A stretch of DNA of 64,000 bases from Candidatus Nomurabacteria bacterium (GTDB taxonomy: Bacteria > Patescibacteriota > Minisyncoccia > Phycocordibacterales > JACOZG01): the NCBI GenBank assembly GCA_020847275.1, contig JADLCI010000007.1, positions 27,814 to 91,813 of the forward strand, read 5' to 3'. The notes beneath the pieces were generated by a model. It searched no databases. It had not been told where the DNA came from and saw nothing but the letters and a program-made list of their open reading frames with translations. Within the stretch, counting starts at the first letter, position 1; every line of letters begins with the position of its first letter. The position numbers were made by a program, and so were the translations under genes. Positions 63,980 to 64,000 of this stretch are shown in pieces.

Positions 63980-64000
63980 GCAACTTTGGACTCCGGTCCT

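Noticed and set aside
1-64000. CRISPR arrays, rRNA genes, IS elements/transposases and integrases
   Set aside because: None was found. No regularly spaced direct repeats, no rRNA-like segments and no transposase or integrase-like ORFs are visible in this window.

Overview
This 64 kb window looks like a streamlined bacterial chromosome segment with about 45 % GC, dense co-directional operons and many 4-nt start/stop overlaps. The gene content suggests a Candidate Phyla Radiation (CPR)/Patescibacteria-type organism: an O-antigen-ligase protein with TPR repeats, a stand-alone TraD/VirD4-like ATPase, secreted proteins with Ig-like and PKD domains, and a small RRM protein. That taxonomic call is an inference, not a database hit. 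Nearly half of the window (about 5.3 to 33.2 kb) is one + strand glycan-biosynthesis super-operon. It holds at least seven GT4 glycosyltransferases, including one split and one double-module gene. It also holds an exostosin-like GT47 enzyme, a GtrA/GT2/GT-C membrane trio, a GT9 heptosyltransferase-like gene and two tandem TagF-like paralogs. Within it is a complete pseudaminic/legionaminic-type nonulosonic acid pathway (PseB, PseC, NeuB/PseI, cytidylyltransferase). Unusual tailoring enzymes sit beside that pathway: a class-III aminotransferase, an aldo-keto reductase, three SAM methyltransferases, an ATP-grasp ligase, two KduI/IolB-like cupins and an SDR. An MsbA-type ABC exporter and a Wzy-like ligase follow. 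This cluster is the strongest candidate for a new system here, probably synthesis and attachment of an undescribed modified nonulosonate glycan. The rest of the window is housekeeping: SecA, NUDIX, MurB, GatB, an RRM protein, a fatty-acid desaturase, TypA/BipA, PGI/PMI, a ROK kinase, class II RNR with an ATP-cone, MurJ, LepA, an FtsB-like protein, ACP and FtsH. RNA genes are an unannotated RNase P RNA, tRNA-Gly(CCC) and an unusual tRNA-Ile(UAU). A GC-rich foreign-looking gene follows tRNA-Ile. Other notable points are a G10 homopolymer fused to a TATAAT box 8 nt upstream of a secreted PKD protein gene (possible phase variation plus leaderless mRNA), and a structured 0.5 kb intergenic region upstream of secA with a 31-aa lysine-rich micro-ORF. 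No rRNA, CRISPR array or transposase was seen. All calls are by eye from sequence and ORF translations; no searches were run.
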